From the NCBI GenBank assembly GCA_964234715.1, contig OZ174279.1: DNA of 64,000 nucleotides. One strand, 5' to 3'. Shown piece by piece: positions 63,407 through 64,000 of this stretch (its first letter is position 1; each line of letters starts with the position of its first letter). The stretch comes from Podarcis melisellensis (lineage: Eukaryota). The notes beneath the pieces were generated by a model. It was given only the letters and a program-made list of their open reading frames with translations. It made no database searches and had not been told where the DNA came from. The position numbers were made by a program, and so were the translations under genes.

Positions 63407-64000
63407 TAATTTCTGAAGAGAGCTTTAGTGGCTCAGAGTTGTCACTGCTCTTTGAATAGCAAGGATTGTTATTGGTGAAAACACTGTCTGTCTATAATCA
63501 CTGCATAACTCCTAGGCTCCAACACAGCTAAATGGCATTTTAGGGAGCCAACACAGCTAAATGGCATTTTTAAAAATGCACTCCAAACTTATTGGGCAAT
63601 ATAAGTCTTGCTTGGGTGGAATTGGCTCTGACAATGTCATTTTGAGATGTTTGACAATCCAGTTGGCTTTACTGGATGCCACTAACAGCTACTGTAAATG
63701 GTCTGGTATTGAATCAAATTCACTGAATGCCAGTCTAGTTAGAATAAGCCAAAACAAAATAGCTCCAAAGCAGCATTTTTTCCCAATGAAAAGGTTTGTC
63801 ATGCATGTTCTTCCAACAGCTGTTTTTATTTTAGGTTTCATTTCAAATACATTCAACTAAATGCAACGCTCAGATTCATCATCAAAGGTCACCAGAAATC
63901 CACAGATTTCCCCCCCAAAAAAGATCATTATCAAGTTCTGAGCAATTGTGTGTTTTATTACTTTCATATTTTACATTTCTGAGTTTTCATTTGCTACCCC

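Overview
Vertebrate genomic DNA, almost certainly a squamate and probably a lacertid lizard, judged from Sauria SINEs, tRNA-headed CR1-tailed SINEs, L2/CR1 fragments and mariner/hAT MITEs. The window lies inside one large + strand gene. Its only recognisable coding segment is a 695-bp internal exon (36755-37449, AG/GT bounded) of a glypican of the GPC3/GPC5 subfamily. It is closer to GPC5 but divergent, and probably a GPC5-like paralogue. The rest is intron; the other ORFs in the track are repeat-derived or chance. Three items stand out. (1) A CpG-rich LTR-like element at ~8.0-8.9 kb looks like a self-contained Pol II unit: duplicated enhancer, CCAAT/GC/TATA-like boxes, an ENE-like U5/U5 internal-loop domain, a ~260-nt multibranch RNA fold, then AATAAA. 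The fold is preserved by compensatory changes in a diverged second copy at 24.56-25.35 kb. (2) A very recent Penelope-like insertion nested in that second copy carries two intact minimal hammerhead ribozymes, one per strand, and a perfect 111-bp inverted repeat. (3) A dense GATA-site cluster sits at 52.7-53.0 kb. All repeat family names are from visual recognition, not database searches.
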